Shown: one piece after another, positions 63,132-64,000 of the stretch
Position numbering within the stretch: the first letter of the stretch is position 1
Layout: each line of letters starts with the position of its first letter
Origin: Clostridiales bacterium
GTDB taxonomy: Bacteria; Bacillota; Clostridia; Christensenellales; JAISNN01
Direction of reading: 5' to 3'
DNA: 64,000 bases
NCBI GenBank assembly: GCA_031289755.1
Contig: JAITOU010000027.1
Coordinates: 5,643 to 69,642 of the forward strand
The notes under the pieces: generated by a model
Seen by the model: the letters and a program-made list of their open reading frames with translations, nothing else
Database searches by the model: none
Told to the model about the DNA's origin: nothing
Program-made: the position numbers and the translations under genes

Positions 63132-64000
<869 letters not shown>

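Overview
This 64-kb window looks like chromosome from an anaerobic, spore-forming Firmicute of the Clostridia type. Coding DNA is CpG-rich and roughly 45-50% GC by eye. Intergenic DNA is AT-rich and carries several near-consensus TTGACA-N17-TATAAT promoters. I can support about 55 protein genes, one tRNA-Thr(CGU), one probable preQ1-I riboswitch, several intrinsic terminators and a set of dispersed and tandem repeats. I found no rRNA, CRISPR array, transposase, integrase or phage structural genes.

Housekeeping content:
- Cell division and envelope: minD-minE, murG, lepB.
- Information processing: smpB, rho, ung, tsaC.
- Metabolism: metA, prs, pgk-tpiA-gpmI followed by gap, a P-type Ca2+-ATPase, and a GH36-type alpha-galactosidase.
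- Oxidative stress: a reverse rubrerythrin and a superoxide-reductase-like protein.
- Nitrogen block: a five-gene split (archaeal-type) glutamate synthase, glnA, an ANTAR pseudo-receiver regulator, and an Amt-PII fusion further downstream.

Items worth a second look:
1. A tightly linked SPFH/zinc-ribbon gene plus a zinc-ribbon-TIR-helical-TM gene (20.6-23.7 kb) matches no named TIR system I recognise. The 3' third of the TIR gene is compositionally foreign.
2. Two families of TA-flanked, MITE-like inverted-repeat elements occur here, including one nested inside the other (26.3-26.6 kb).
3. A 45-bp hairpin-unit tandem array sits after the ANTAR gene.
4. Both nitrogen operons carry the same TTATCCA...AAAGG-hexaloop-plus-terminator leader.
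5. A cysteine-rich collagen-like protein and a second Cys-rich protein are likely spore-surface components.
6. A low-GC Fic/AbrB islet carries operator palindromes.

All functional calls come from motif recognition by eye. No database searches were run.
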